DNA of 64,000 nt from an uncultured Desulfobacterales bacterium (GCA_938048455.1 CALIUY010000016.1:14796-78795); one strand, 5' to 3'; numbered from the stretch's first letter, positions 50,657 to 60,091 are shown. Translations and numbers: made by a program. The notes: generated by a model from the letters alone, not told the origin.

Positions 50657-53113
50657 TCAGGCGGCGGTTCGCCGGCGCCGGGGCGGGACGGGGAGGTAGT
50701 GGGTGGCGGGACCCTTGCCCGCCTTGCGGAGCAACCCCCGGGCCACCAGGTCTTGCAAGTCGTAAATGGCGGTGCGCACGGGAAGGTTGCCGCCGACGAT
50801 CTCCTGATAGCGGCTGCGCGTGATGCGCCCCTCACTGAGGATCACGGGCCAGGCCCGCGCCTGCCGCGCATTGAGCCCCGCGGCCGCCATCGGCGAGGGT
50901 TCATCCCGCCGCTCCTCGCCCGCCGCGGTCGCCTCGTTTTCGGCATCCTCTTCCCAGCCTTCCACGGCGAGCGGGATATCCTCGGCCTGGATCAGCGCGC
51001 TTTCCGCCATCACCACCGCGCGCATGAGACAGTTCTGCAGCTCGCGGACGTTTCCCGGCCAATGGTGTCGTCGCAGCTTGGCGAGCGCCCCCCGGCTCAA
51101 CCCCAGACCCCTCCGTCCGGTCCGCCGCTCCTCGCGGTCGAGGAAATGGCGCACGAGCAAGGAAATGTTTTCCCGCTGCTCGCGCAACGGAACGGTGTGC
51201 AGGGTGATCACCTTCAGGCGGAAATAGAGGTCCTCGCGGAACTCCCCGCGCCGGATCAGCGCCTCGAGATCGGCGTTGCTCGCCGCGATCAGGCGCACAT
51301 CGACGGTGGTTTCACGGTCGCTTCCCAGCGGCTTGATCTTGCGCTCGGCGAGCGCGCGAAGCAGCGCCTGCTGCACGCGCGGTGAGGCGACCTGCACTTC
51401 GTCCAGAAAAAGGGTCCCGCCGTCGGCCTCGAGGAAGGCGCCCTTGCGGTCGGCCTTGGCTTCGGTGAACGCCCCTCGCACATGCCCGAAGAGGGTGTCG
51501 AGCAGCAGGTTTTCGTCCAGCGCCCCGCAGTTGATCGAAACGAAGGGGCCCGCCGCCCGCGGGCTCAGCCGGTGAATCGCCTCCGCCGCGAGCTGTTTGC
51601 CCGAGCCGGTCTCCCCCAGGATCAGAACGTCGTAGTCGACTTGGGAGGCCTTCACGATTTCGGCCTTGAGCCGCTCCACCCGCGGGCCGCGGCCGACGAT
51701 CGCCGGCACGGGATCGGCGGCGGCGGTATCTATGGGCTCGATCCGCGCTTCCTTTTTCAGGCCCGCATCCCGCAGGGCCCGCTCTTTGTGCTGCAACGCT
51801 TCGAGGTGCCGCTGCTGGTCGGCGATCAACCCGTTGATCGCCTGTTGCAGAATCGCGATCTCCTTGCCGCGGCTTCCAATCCGGATCGGTTGCATATCTT
51901 CGTGCAGGTCGGCGACGGCCTCGGCCAGGCGCAGGATCGGTCGGGTGAGGATCTTGCCGATCCAATAAATGAGCCCCGCCACGAGCAGAGCGGACCCGAT
52001 CGTGATGATCAACATCAGGTCGATGTGCCGGTAGCCCGCCGCTTGAGAGAGGCGGCTGACGTCCCGAAAGGCAAGTCCGCCGATCGGTGTCGGAGCCGCC
52101 GCCGCCTGCCGGAAGCGCACCGGGGCGTAAGCAAGAAAATGGCTGCCGCCGATCGCCCCCGACGGGGGTGCAGCCAGAGCAACGACGCCGTGTTTGCCGC
52201 GCATCACGTCCTCCACCATCGTCCAGTATTCCTCGCAGGTGGAATCGGGGCGGAAAGCGAAGGGCTGACCCTTTCGACCGAGGGTCCCGGGATAGCGGGA
52301 CCGCACCTGATGCGTGTTGAGTTCCCCGTCAGCCCTGCCGGGCGGTTCCGACTCGAACAAAACCCAGCCTTCGGGATCGAAAAAGTAGAAAAATCGCGCT
52401 TCCGCGGTGCGCGGAAAACCTCGGGTCGGCGAGTCGTCCGCGTTGTGCAAAGACAGAATGTTTCTCAGACGGCGCGCGTCCAGCAAAAGCAGAAGAAAAC
52501 CGCGGTCCTCCGGGTATCTGAAAGCCGGGGTCGCCAGGGAAAACACCTGGCGGGTGATGCGCTGGTTTTCGTTCTCGGGCTCGGGAAAAGGAAATTCCAT
52601 CTCCAGGAGCGCTGAAATTGCAACCTGTTCTTTCTCCAAATTTTTGAAACTCTCCAATGCGGAAAGCAAGTTCGGCCTGACGGATTCGGCCTGGACCTGC
52701 ACGATACGCGTGCCGTTTGCCAGATAGACGAGATGATCGGGGTTCTTGCGCGATAAAAAAACAATACCGAGAATGTCGTTTTCACGGCGCGCGGCAGATT
52801 TTGCAAGAAATCGGATCAGAACTTCGGGATGGACTGTATTCGATGATAAATCGATGAGTTGTTCACGCAACCGATCCAGTAGACCCTCGATCTCATTGCG
52901 CAAGGATAGCGTTTCCAGAAGGGTGGAGCGCTCAAGGGCACTGTTGATGAATTGTCGGGATACCATGTAAGTGAAATAGCCGGTCAAGGTCATCAGCACG
53001 ATGACCGGAGGAATGAGGCCCAGCATCAAGCGGGTCTTGAGACTGCTCGTCAGAAGCGCGTTGCGCAGTCTTTCGAAACTCGAATCCGGAGTTTCCCCTT
53101 TCAACCAGCGCAT
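50657..53113 (-). CDS. Membrane-anchored sigma54-type activator (TM - ~315-aa periplasmic domain - TM - HAMP - AAA+ - winged helix)
   Basis: TM helices near residues 28-50 and 365-387. AAA+ has GETGSGKQ and FLDEVQ, but GAFTEA replaces GAFTGA. The C-terminus (YQEIVGGNLPVRTAIYDLQDLVARGLLRKAG) is not a Fis-type HTH. Confidence 0.85.
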   Translation of the reverse strand: MRWLKGETPDSSFERLRNALLTSSLKTRLMLGLIPPVIVLMTLTGYFTYMVSRQFINSALERSTLLETLSLRNEIEGLLDRLREQLIDLSSNTVHPEVLIRFLAKSAARRENDILGIVFLSRKNPDHLVYLANGTRIVQVQAESVRPNLLSALESFKNLEKEQVAISALLEMEFPFPEPENENQRITRQVFSLATPAFRYPEDRGFLLLLLDARRLRNILSLHNADDSPTRGFPRTAEARFFYFFDPEGWVLFESEPPGRADGELNTHQVRSRYPGTLGRKGQPFAFRPDSTCEEYWTMVEDVMRGKHGVVALAAPPSGAIGGSHFLAYAPVRFRQAAAAPTPIGGLAFRDVSRLSQAAGYRHIDLMLIITIGSALLVAGLIYWIGKILTRPILRLAEAVADLHEDMQPIRIGSRGKEIAILQQAINGLIADQQRHLEALQHKERALRDAGLKKEARIEPIDTAAADPVPAIVGRGPRVERLKAEIVKASQVDYDVLILGETGSGKQLAAEAIHRLSPRAAGPFVSINCGALDENLLLDTLFGHVRGAFTEAKADRKGAFLEADGGTLFLDEVQVASPRVQQALLRALAERKIKPLGSDRETTVDVRLIAASNADLEALIRRGEFREDLYFRLKVITLHTVPLREQRENISLLVRHFLDREERRTGRRGLGLSRGALAKLRRHHWPGNVRELQNCLMRAVVMAESALIQAEDIPLAVEGWEEDAENEATAAGEERRDEPSPMAAAGLNARQARAWPVILSEGRITRSRYQEIVGGNLPVRTAIYDLQDLVARGLLRKAGKGPATHYLPVPPRRRRTAA

Positions 53114-53232
53114 GGCAAGAATTCATCCGCAATTGCAGAACAGCAAGGTTGCATGCTGCCAGATACCTTCAACATCTACCAATCGGTCAAGAAAATCAAG
53201 TCAAATCAAAAGGTCGAATTTTGCCAGAAGCG

Positions 53233-53247
53233 TGGTACAGGGATTGC
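53233..53247 (+). promoter_or_regulatory. Sigma54 (-24/-12) promoter of the small-protein/TauE/lipoprotein operon
   Basis: TGGTACAGGGATTGC with canonical spacing, 76 nt before ATG 53323. Divergent from the activator gene 50657-53113. Confidence 0.75.
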
Positions 53248-53322
53248 TTCGCCGTTGACGATCGCGAAGGCCATGCAATTCTCCATAACCTGCCCATCAA
53301 CAAACGGAAAGGAGGCAATCGC

Positions 53323-53613
53323 ATGCAACTACTGAAACGAATCTGGATCGCGTTGGGCGCGTTCAGTCTTTCCACCCAGGTCGCCCTCGCCGCCGGCGGA
53401 GGTGGGGAGCCGATCGTGATCGTCGCCGATTCGCGCAAGCTCACCGGTATCATGGCCTGGTGGGCTAACCTTTACAACGAAAGCCACTTATACTTCACCC
53501 TGCTCACCATCATCATCATTCCCGTGGTCGGTGTCGTTTTCGGGCTCCTCGCCGACCTGGTGATGCATTTCGTGGGCATCGATCTCTCCTCGCGCGACTT
53601 GGCCGAGCACTGA
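53323..53613 (+). CDS. Small secreted/membrane protein (signal peptide plus C-terminal TM)
   Basis: ATG 53323 (AAAGGAGG upstream). MQLLKRIWIALGAFSLSTQVALA...LYFTLLTIIIIPVVGVVFGLLADLV. Confidence 0.6.
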   Translation: MQLLKRIWIALGAFSLSTQVALAAGGGGEPIVIVADSRKLTGIMAWWANLYNESHLYFTLLTIIIIPVVGVVFGLLADLVMHFVGIDLSSRDLAEH

Positions 53614-53668
53614 AAAAAACCGCCTTCCCGGAGCTCATCGCGGGACGGCGAGAGAAAGGAGATTGCGC

Positions 53669-54727
53669 ATGGATTGGCTGTATGTCCTCATGCCCATCGC
53701 GGGCGTCAAAATTTTCTGGCCCGGGCTCATCATCCTGGGCGTCGGCGTGGGAGTGATCGGCGGTTTCTTCGGTATGGGGGGAGCCTGGATGGTGACCCCG
53801 GGCTTGAACATTTTGGGGTTCCCGATGGCCTTCGCCATCGGCACCGACATCGCGCACATGGCGGGAAAATCGCTCATCTCCACCATGCGGCACGGCAAGT
53901 TCGGCAACGTGGACTACAAGCTGGGCCTGATCATGTTGGTGGGGACGGTGGTCGGCTTCGAGGTCGGCGCGCAGATGATCATGTGGCTCGAGCGTATCGG
54001 CCAGGTCGGTCCGGTGGTGCGGTGGATGTATCTCGTCCTGCTCGCCCTGATCGCCTGGATGGTCTTCGCCGACGTCGCCAAACGCCGCCGCAAGGAAAAA
54101 GAGGCGCTCGCGGCGGGAAAGGAAGTCGACAAGCTCGCCACCGGAATCGAGTGGCACAAGACGCTGCACAAGATCAAGATCCCCCCGATGGTGACCTTCA
54201 AACAGGCGGGAATCACCTGCTCGGCCTGGCTGCCGATCCTGGTCTCCTTCTTCACCGGCTGGCTGGCGGGCATTCTCGGCATCGGCGGCGGCCTGATCCG
54301 CATGCCGGCCCTCATTTACCTCGTCGGCTGCCCGACCCACGTGGCCGTCGGGACCGATCTCTTCGAGGTCATGATCTCCGGCCTCTACGGGGCGGCCTCC
54401 TACACTTACAAGGGCCGGACCGAACTCGTGGCCGCGATCATCATGCTCGTCGGTGCGGCGATCGGGGCGCAGGTCGGATCGGTGGCGACCAAGTACATCA
54501 AGGGCTACGGCATCCGCATCGCCTTCGGCCTGGCGGTCGTCGGCTGCTTCATCTCCGTCCTGCTCAAGTTGATCCCGACCTACTACCCGCCGCTTTACAC
54601 CATCTGCGACGTGAGCGCGACCATCCTCATCCTGGGTCTCGTCGCCGCGATGTCGGCTTACATCACGGTCAAGATGGTCCAGGGGGCGGCACGGGAAGTC
54701 GCCATGAAAAAAGGCAAAGCGGCCTGA
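53669..54727 (+). CDS. TauE/SafE (DUF81) family anion exporter
   Basis: ATG 53669 (AAGGAG 8 nt upstream; the track starts at TTG 53663). GGFFGMGGAWM and GILGIGGGLI repeats. Confidence 0.85.
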   Translation: MDWLYVLMPIAGVKIFWPGLIILGVGVGVIGGFFGMGGAWMVTPGLNILGFPMAFAIGTDIAHMAGKSLISTMRHGKFGNVDYKLGLIMLVGTVVGFEVGAQMIMWLERIGQVGPVVRWMYLVLLALIAWMVFADVAKRRRKEKEALAAGKEVDKLATGIEWHKTLHKIKIPPMVTFKQAGITCSAWLPILVSFFTGWLAGILGIGGGLIRMPALIYLVGCPTHVAVGTDLFEVMISGLYGAASYTYKGRTELVAAIIMLVGAAIGAQVGSVATKYIKGYGIRIAFGLAVVGCFISVLLKLIPTYYPPLYTICDVSATILILGLVAAMSAYITVKMVQGAAREVAMKKGKAA

Positions 54728-54762
54728 CCGCGATCGCCGCGGTCATTCGCCAAGGAGGGAAT

Positions 54763-55356
54763 ATGTCGAAGAATCGCCTGTGGCTGCATCTGCTTTTCGT
54801 TCTGCCCCTCGGTCTTGTCCTGGGCTGCGCCGAGGGGGGGAAAGTCGATCAGGGTCGGGTGGTCGAGTTCGATGCCGCAAAAAGGCTCGTCACCATCATC
54901 CGGGACGTGAAAAACGACACCCTCAACCCGGATTATTCCTATCTGCCGCCGCTCACCTACGCTTTGCCCGAGGATCCGGCCGAAACCGGGCCGCTGCCGC
55001 GGGCCGGGGGACGGCTGAAACTCGATGCCGACAAGAACCAGCTGAAAATCTACAATCCCGCCGCCAAAAACTTCCTGTGGATCGATTTCAAGCCGATTGA
55101 AAAAATCACCCGCGTGGAGCCGAACAACCCGCTCGTCCGCGGGAAGAGCTTCCCGATCATCGACCGGCAGAAAAGAACCATCACCATCTACTCTCCGCGC
55201 CAGAAGATCTACGAGACGATCGAAGTGGCCGAGGAATACCTGAAATGGCCCGACTCCACCTGGGCCGCGGGGGACGAGGTGCGGATCTATTACAAAGAAG
55301 AGGGCAAGTCGTTGCGTTTCATGAACATCACCCAGACCGACATTTTCAAAAAGTGA
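54763..55356 (+). CDS. Lipoprotein (DUF4881-like)
   Basis: ATG 54763 (AAGGAGGG upstream). Lipobox LVLGC. Beta-rich sequence; family recalled tentatively. Confidence 0.6.
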   Translation: MSKNRLWLHLLFVLPLGLVLGCAEGGKVDQGRVVEFDAAKRLVTIIRDVKNDTLNPDYSYLPPLTYALPEDPAETGPLPRAGGRLKLDADKNQLKIYNPAAKNFLWIDFKPIEKITRVEPNNPLVRGKSFPIIDRQKRTITIYSPRQKIYETIEVAEEYLKWPDSTWAAGDEVRIYYKEEGKSLRFMNITQTDIFKK

Positions 55357-55368
55357 GCCCGCCATCCG

Positions 55369-55407
55369 GGGGGGAGCGGCCGATTCCGACCGCTCCCCCC
55401 GGAGCGG
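55369..55407 (+). other. Intercistronic GC-rich hairpin with an alternative pairing
   Basis: GGGGGGAGCGG-N10-CCGCTCCCCCC (11 bp). The 3' arm can instead pair with the following GGAGCGG (CCGCTCC-CCCC-GGAGCGG), just before the SD of the next small gene. No U-tract. Confidence 0.45.
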
Positions 55408-55418
55408 AAAAGGAGGAA

Positions 55419-55646
55419 ATGATGCCGATCCTCTTCGCCGTTGGGGTGAACCTGGCCGTGCTGGCCGAGCTCTGCCTGGCGATGGCTTTCGCCGCCCAAG
55501 CTCCCCCGGAGCAATTCACCGGCGTCTTTTTCAAAATCTTTTTCGGGCTTCTCGCCCCCACACTCGTCGTGGCCGCGCTCGGCAAGCGCTTGCTGCGCGC
55601 TCGCGCGACACACGGCGATCCCGCCGGAAAACCCGGGGCCGCCTGA
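55419..55646 (+). CDS. Hypothetical small membrane protein (75 aa)
   Basis: AAAAGGAGG lies upstream of the ATG. Two hydrophobic helices. Confidence 0.5.
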   Translation: MMPILFAVGVNLAVLAELCLAMAFAAQAPPEQFTGVFFKIFFGLLAPTLVVAALGKRLLRARATHGDPAGKPGAA

Positions 55647-55659
55647 AGGGGTGTGCGCC

Positions 55660-55911
55660 ATGAATCGAGATTTCTCCGCGCCGATCTACATGGTCAAGAA
55701 AACGGCGGACGGCCTGACGGTCTTTTTCCGCGCCGGCCGGCGCCGGGGAATCCGGCCGGGCGACCGGCTCGCGGTGCTGAACGAGGAGGGGCTGCCCGTG
55801 GGCGAAATCCGGGTTCGCTCCTGCTCGGAGGAGGACGCCGAGGGAGCCGCTCTGGGCGAGGTCGCGATCGGCATGGGCTGCCGGGTCGAGCTTTCGCGTT
55901 CTTCCGCCTAA
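55660..55911 (+). CDS. Hypothetical small protein (83 aa)
   Basis: ORF 55651..55911 trimmed to ATG 55660. Coding-like composition; no family recognised. Confidence 0.45.
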   Translation: MNRDFSAPIYMVKKTADGLTVFFRAGRRRGIRPGDRLAVLNEEGLPVGEIRVRSCSEEDAEGAALGEVAIGMGCRVELSRSSA

Positions 55912-58598
55912 CCTCCGCCGCCGTCCCGATCTCCCCCGGACGAGAGCGGCGTACAGCCCCCCCCCCCGCCTCCTTCCGCGTCCAGCTGGAAATTGCCTTC
56001 GAGAAAACAGCGCGTCAGCTGCCGCACATGCTCCTCGGTGTGCATCATCATGTCCATCTGCCGGGTGAAAAGGAGCAGGCTGCCCAGCATGGTGAGCAGG
56101 GCCTCGACCTGGGGCCGCTCCTGCTTGCCGACCCGCGCCCGCACGTTGTCCCCCTGAAGGTCCACGAGAAAGCCGTGGTGGGCGAGAACCTGCTCGATCA
56201 TGCGGGCGCGGCGCGCCCGCCGTACATCGTCCGCCGCCCCGCCCTTGAACTGGAAGTGAATGTAATTCTTGGCCGCCGTTTCGCCGCAATAGGAGTCGAG
56301 CACGCTGTAGTGATAACCCACGCGGGAGCTGAAATTGAGGTACTTGTCCGAGATGATGGCGTAGCTGCGGTCGCCGAAGCGCTCGCTTCCCGCTCCGGGC
56401 TGGGAGAGCATCTGCTCGCTCAACACGGAGACGAAGCCGCTCAGGTTGACGGGACGGATGTGCGGCGAGCAGAGGGCGGGGTGGAGCATCCCCCGGAGCA
56501 GCGCGCGGAAAGGAACGGAGACGACCTGCTCCGGGGTGACCTGCGAGGCCCGGGTCGCATCCACGGAAAGACCGCCGAAGAGGTCGATCACATACAGGTC
56601 GAGAGGCACGGGGGCCTTGAGCCGCACGGAGATGCGGCTGCGGTCGGTTACGAGATCGCCGAGCTGGAAGATCACCGCATAAGCCGTTTCGTGAACGAAG
56701 CGCATGATGTCGTGAATCGTGCGGCAGTGTTCCTCGCTGAATTGCGGCGACTTGGGGTCGGTCAGGTAGAGCGGCACGATGAGATCGGCGCGCCGCCGCA
56801 AGGCCTGGTAGGCGGGGCCGCGGACCGTCACTCCCCCGCGCTGCGGCTGCGCCTCGAGGATTTCCGCCACCCGCCCCAAATACACCCGCCCGCGGTAGGC
56901 GTCGACGGTCACCTCCCGGCCTTCGGGGATCACCGCGGTCGCCCGCCGGGTGTTGAGCAGGGTGGGGACCAGGTATTCGCGGGCGAGCGAGGCCATGTGG
57001 CAGACGAGCCCGCCGTAATCGGTCACGATCGCCTGGGCCTTGTTCATGGCGATCACGTACTGCGGGGAGGGGTGCACGGCGACGAGGACGCCCCCGTCCG
57101 GGAAGGAGGCGAGATCCTGCTCGCTGCGGACATGGACGGCGACCCCGCAGCCCACGCCGGCGCAGGCGATCTCGGCCTCTTCGATCAGGGTCTGCGCATC
57201 GGGGGGGGGCGGGGGAAGGGAGCAAGACCGGCCGGGTTCGCAGGCCTCGATCCGCAACGGCCGGGCCTGCAAAATGACGATCGTTCCCGTCTCGTCGAGT
57301 GCCCATTCCACGTCCTGCGGCGCCCGGAAGTGCTCTTCCAGCCGGAGAGCGGCCGCGGCCAGCTCCTCGGCCTGGGGATCGCTCAGGCAGGGCAGACGGC
57401 GCTCCGCTTGGGGGATCTCCTCCTCGACCACGGAACCCCCGGGGAGGCCGACCAGGCGGACGGGTTGTTCGGCGATCCGCTTTTCGACCAGCCGCGGCGG
57501 GTTGGTTTTCTCGAAGACGTAGGCATCCGGGGCGACGATGCCGTCGACCGCATAGGGCCCAAGCCCCCGGACGGCCTGCAGGAGGACCCGATTGTCGAAG
57601 GGATCGACCGGGTTGCGGGTGTAGAGCACCCCGCTGGCACGCGCCGGAATCATCTCCAGACAGGCGACCGCCATCGAGGCCTCGTGAAAGGGGATCCCCA
57701 TGTGCAGCCGGTAGGCGATCGCCCGGGGGGAAAAGAGGCTCGCCAGAATGTTTTTGTATTCCACGAGCACCCGCGCGCGCGGCACATTGAGGACCGTGAG
57801 GTACTGTCCGGCGAAGGAAAGGGTCGCATCTTCGCCGATCGCGCTGCTGCGCAGGGAAACGCACAGCGGCCGACGCGCGGGCGGAACCGCGGCCTCCAGC
57901 TCGTCGAAGGCCTCCAGGATCACCCGCCCCAGGCTGGGGGGCACCTCGGCCTCGGCGATCAGCATCTGGATCTGCTCGCTGACCTGCAGGATGGTCTCGG
58001 TCTCGATGATGTCGACCTTGGCCTTCAAGCGGCGGACGACCTCCTCCAGGCGGTTGGCGGCCATGAAATGCTCGAAGGCGGCGGTCGTCACGGCGAACCC
58101 CCGCGGCACCGCAAGACCGACGCGGTTTCGGACCTCGGCGAGGTTGGCGTTCTTTTCCCCCACGAAGGCGGCCATCTCCCGGGAGGGGATCTCCGCGTAG
58201 CGCAGGATGAATTCCAGGGGGGGGGAGGAAGGTCGCGACGCCGGTCGGTCCGGCGTCTCGCCTTTGACGGCGTTCTGGATCGCCTCCAGGACACGGCGCA
58301 GGTGGGGATAGGGACGCCCCGACATCTTTTCGATGCACTCGATCATTCGGCCGCAATGAAAGAAGGTTCTCAGAGTCTGGGCTTCGATGTAAGACAGCCC
58401 GAAGGCGGATTGGCCGCGCAGTTTCTCCTCGATGTCGGCGATGATTTTGAGCAGTTCGGTGTTGGATTCGAGCAGGAGCTTGAAATTTTCGTAGCGGACG
58501 GCGAAGCGGGACATCAATTCCTGGCGGGGAGTCGAACGCAGGGATCGCAAGAGGTTGAAAATCGGAAGATCCAGGATTTTCACGCGGCCGCCGGCCAT
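55908..58598 (-). CDS. PEP-utilising enzyme / pyruvate-water-dikinase-like protein
   Basis: Trimmed to ATG 58598. PPDK_N-type ATP-grasp (VSLRSSAIGEDATLSFAGQYLTVLNV, SGVLYTRNPV) and swivel domain (VTDYGGLVCHMASLAREYLVPT). Confidence 0.8.
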   Translation of the reverse strand: MAGGRVKILDLPIFNLLRSLRSTPRQELMSRFAVRYENFKLLLESNTELLKIIADIEEKLRGQSAFGLSYIEAQTLRTFFHCGRMIECIEKMSGRPYPHLRRVLEAIQNAVKGETPDRPASRPSSPPLEFILRYAEIPSREMAAFVGEKNANLAEVRNRVGLAVPRGFAVTTAAFEHFMAANRLEEVVRRLKAKVDIIETETILQVSEQIQMLIAEAEVPPSLGRVILEAFDELEAAVPPARRPLCVSLRSSAIGEDATLSFAGQYLTVLNVPRARVLVEYKNILASLFSPRAIAYRLHMGIPFHEASMAVACLEMIPARASGVLYTRNPVDPFDNRVLLQAVRGLGPYAVDGIVAPDAYVFEKTNPPRLVEKRIAEQPVRLVGLPGGSVVEEEIPQAERRLPCLSDPQAEELAAAALRLEEHFRAPQDVEWALDETGTIVILQARPLRIEACEPGRSCSLPPPPPDAQTLIEEAEIACAGVGCGVAVHVRSEQDLASFPDGGVLVAVHPSPQYVIAMNKAQAIVTDYGGLVCHMASLAREYLVPTLLNTRRATAVIPEGREVTVDAYRGRVYLGRVAEILEAQPQRGGVTVRGPAYQALRRRADLIVPLYLTDPKSPQFSEEHCRTIHDIMRFVHETAYAVIFQLGDLVTDRSRISVRLKAPVPLDLYVIDLFGGLSVDATRASQVTPEQVVSVPFRALLRGMLHPALCSPHIRPVNLSGFVSVLSEQMLSQPGAGSERFGDRSYAIISDKYLNFSSRVGYHYSVLDSYCGETAAKNYIHFQFKGGAADDVRRARRARMIEQVLAHHGFLVDLQGDNVRARVGKQERPQVEALLTMLGSLLLFTRQMDMMMHTEEHVRQLTRCFLEGNFQLDAEGGGGGGCTPLSSGGDRDGGGG

Positions 58599-58694
58599 GG
58601 CGCCCCCCCTGTCCGGAAAACGGTTTTCACCCCGGCCCGACGCAGACCAAGGTACACGAAAGGGGGGAAAAAGACGAGTCGTACGACGCACCCC

Positions 58695-58723
58695 TTGTCA
58701 ATCCCGGACCGCCGCCCTATAAA
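58695..58723 (+). promoter_or_regulatory. Possible sigma70-type promoter of metY
   Basis: TTGTCA-17 nt-TATAAA, 46 nt before ATG 58769. Confidence 0.45.
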
Positions 58724-58768
58724 ACGGTTCCAGCCCCGAGCGGGCACCCCCCTCAAGGAGAGTCGCCC

Positions 58769-60079
58769 ATGGACCGTCCCACGTCGCACCTGGAAACCCT
58801 GGTCCTGCACGCCGGACACACCCCCGACGCCCAGACGCTTTCGCGCGCCGTGCCCATCTACCAGACGACGAGCTTCGTCTTCCGCGACACGCGCCATGCC
58901 GCCGACCTTTTCGCCCTGCGGGACACGAGCGGGTTCATCTACACCCGCATCGGCAACCCCACGACCGACGTGCTCGAACGACGGCTGGCCGCGATCCACG
59001 GCGGATCGGCCGCGATCTGCACGGCATCCGGCATGGCGGCCGTCTTCTACGCCGTGGCGGCGATCACCGGGGCGGGCCAGAACCTCGTCTCGGGCTCCAA
59101 CCTCTACGGCGGGACCCATGTTCTTTTCGAAAACACGCTCAAACGTTTCGGGATCGAAGTGCGCTTCGTCGACACCTCCCGTCCCGAGGCGGTGGAAGCC
59201 GCGATCGACGGCAAGACGCGTCTTCTCTACACCGAAAGCATCGGCAACCCGCGCGGCAACGTCGACGATTTCGAGGCCCTGGCCGCCGTCGCCCGCCGGC
59301 ATCGCATCCCCTTCGTCGTCGACAACACCGTTTCCCCGCCTCCGATCTTCAACCCCTTCGACCACGGGGCGGACCTCGCCGTCTATTCCCTCACCAAGAT
59401 CATCGGCGGCCACGGCAACAGCATCGGCGGAGCGGTGGTGGAGGCCGGCCGGTTCGACTGGGCGGGCGCCGGGAAATATCCCGAAATCACGGCCCCCGAT
59501 CCGAGCTACCACGGGCTGAATTTCTGGGAGGCCCTCTGCGCGCTCGAGGGCACGCCCTGCAGCGCCTTCTGCGTCAAGCTGCGCACCGGGCTGATGCGCG
59601 ATATCGGCGCGGCGCTCAGCCCGATGAACAGCTTTCTGATCCTGCAGGGTCTGGAGACGCTCCCGCTGCGGGCGCGAGCCCATTGCGAAAACGCTCGCGC
59701 CGTGGCCGCGTTTTTGTCCACCCACCCCCGGGTCCGCTGGGTGAACTATGCCGGGCTTCCGAGCCACCCGGACCACGAGCGGGCGAAACGCTATTTTCCC
59801 CTGGGGCCCGGCGCCGTCTTGGGCTTCGGGCTCGAGGGCGGTCTCGAGGCCGGCCGCCGCTTCATCGAATCGGTCCGGCTCTGTTCCCATCTGGCGAACA
59901 TTCTCGATGCGCGCACCCTGGTCATCCACCCGGCCACGACGACCCACTCCCAGCTCTCCCCCGAGGAGCAGCGCCGGGCGGGGGTGGAGCCGGAGATGGT
60001 CCGGATCTCGGTCGGAATCGAGCACATCGAGGACATCCTGGCGGATCTGGACCAGGCGCTCCACGCCGCCCACGCCTGA
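58769..60079 (+). CDS. metY: O-acetylhomoserine sulfhydrylase
   Basis: Cys/Met PLP-enzyme pattern: PIYQTTSFVF, YTRIGNPT, SLTKIIGGHG (PLP Lys); 436 aa. Confidence 0.85.
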   Translation: MDRPTSHLETLVLHAGHTPDAQTLSRAVPIYQTTSFVFRDTRHAADLFALRDTSGFIYTRIGNPTTDVLERRLAAIHGGSAAICTASGMAAVFYAVAAITGAGQNLVSGSNLYGGTHVLFENTLKRFGIEVRFVDTSRPEAVEAAIDGKTRLLYTESIGNPRGNVDDFEALAAVARRHRIPFVVDNTVSPPPIFNPFDHGADLAVYSLTKIIGGHGNSIGGAVVEAGRFDWAGAGKYPEITAPDPSYHGLNFWEALCALEGTPCSAFCVKLRTGLMRDIGAALSPMNSFLILQGLETLPLRARAHCENARAVAAFLSTHPRVRWVNYAGLPSHPDHERAKRYFPLGPGAVLGFGLEGGLEAGRRFIESVRLCSHLANILDARTLVIHPATTTHSQLSPEEQRRAGVEPEMVRISVGIEHIEDILADLDQALHAAHA

Positions 60080-60091
60080 CGCCGGCGAATC

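Noticed and set aside
58599-58768. Looked for a SAM riboswitch (or other leader) upstream of metY.
   Set aside because: I could not find the conserved SAM-I core elements or a terminator/antiterminator pair. There is only a plausible sigma70 promoter.
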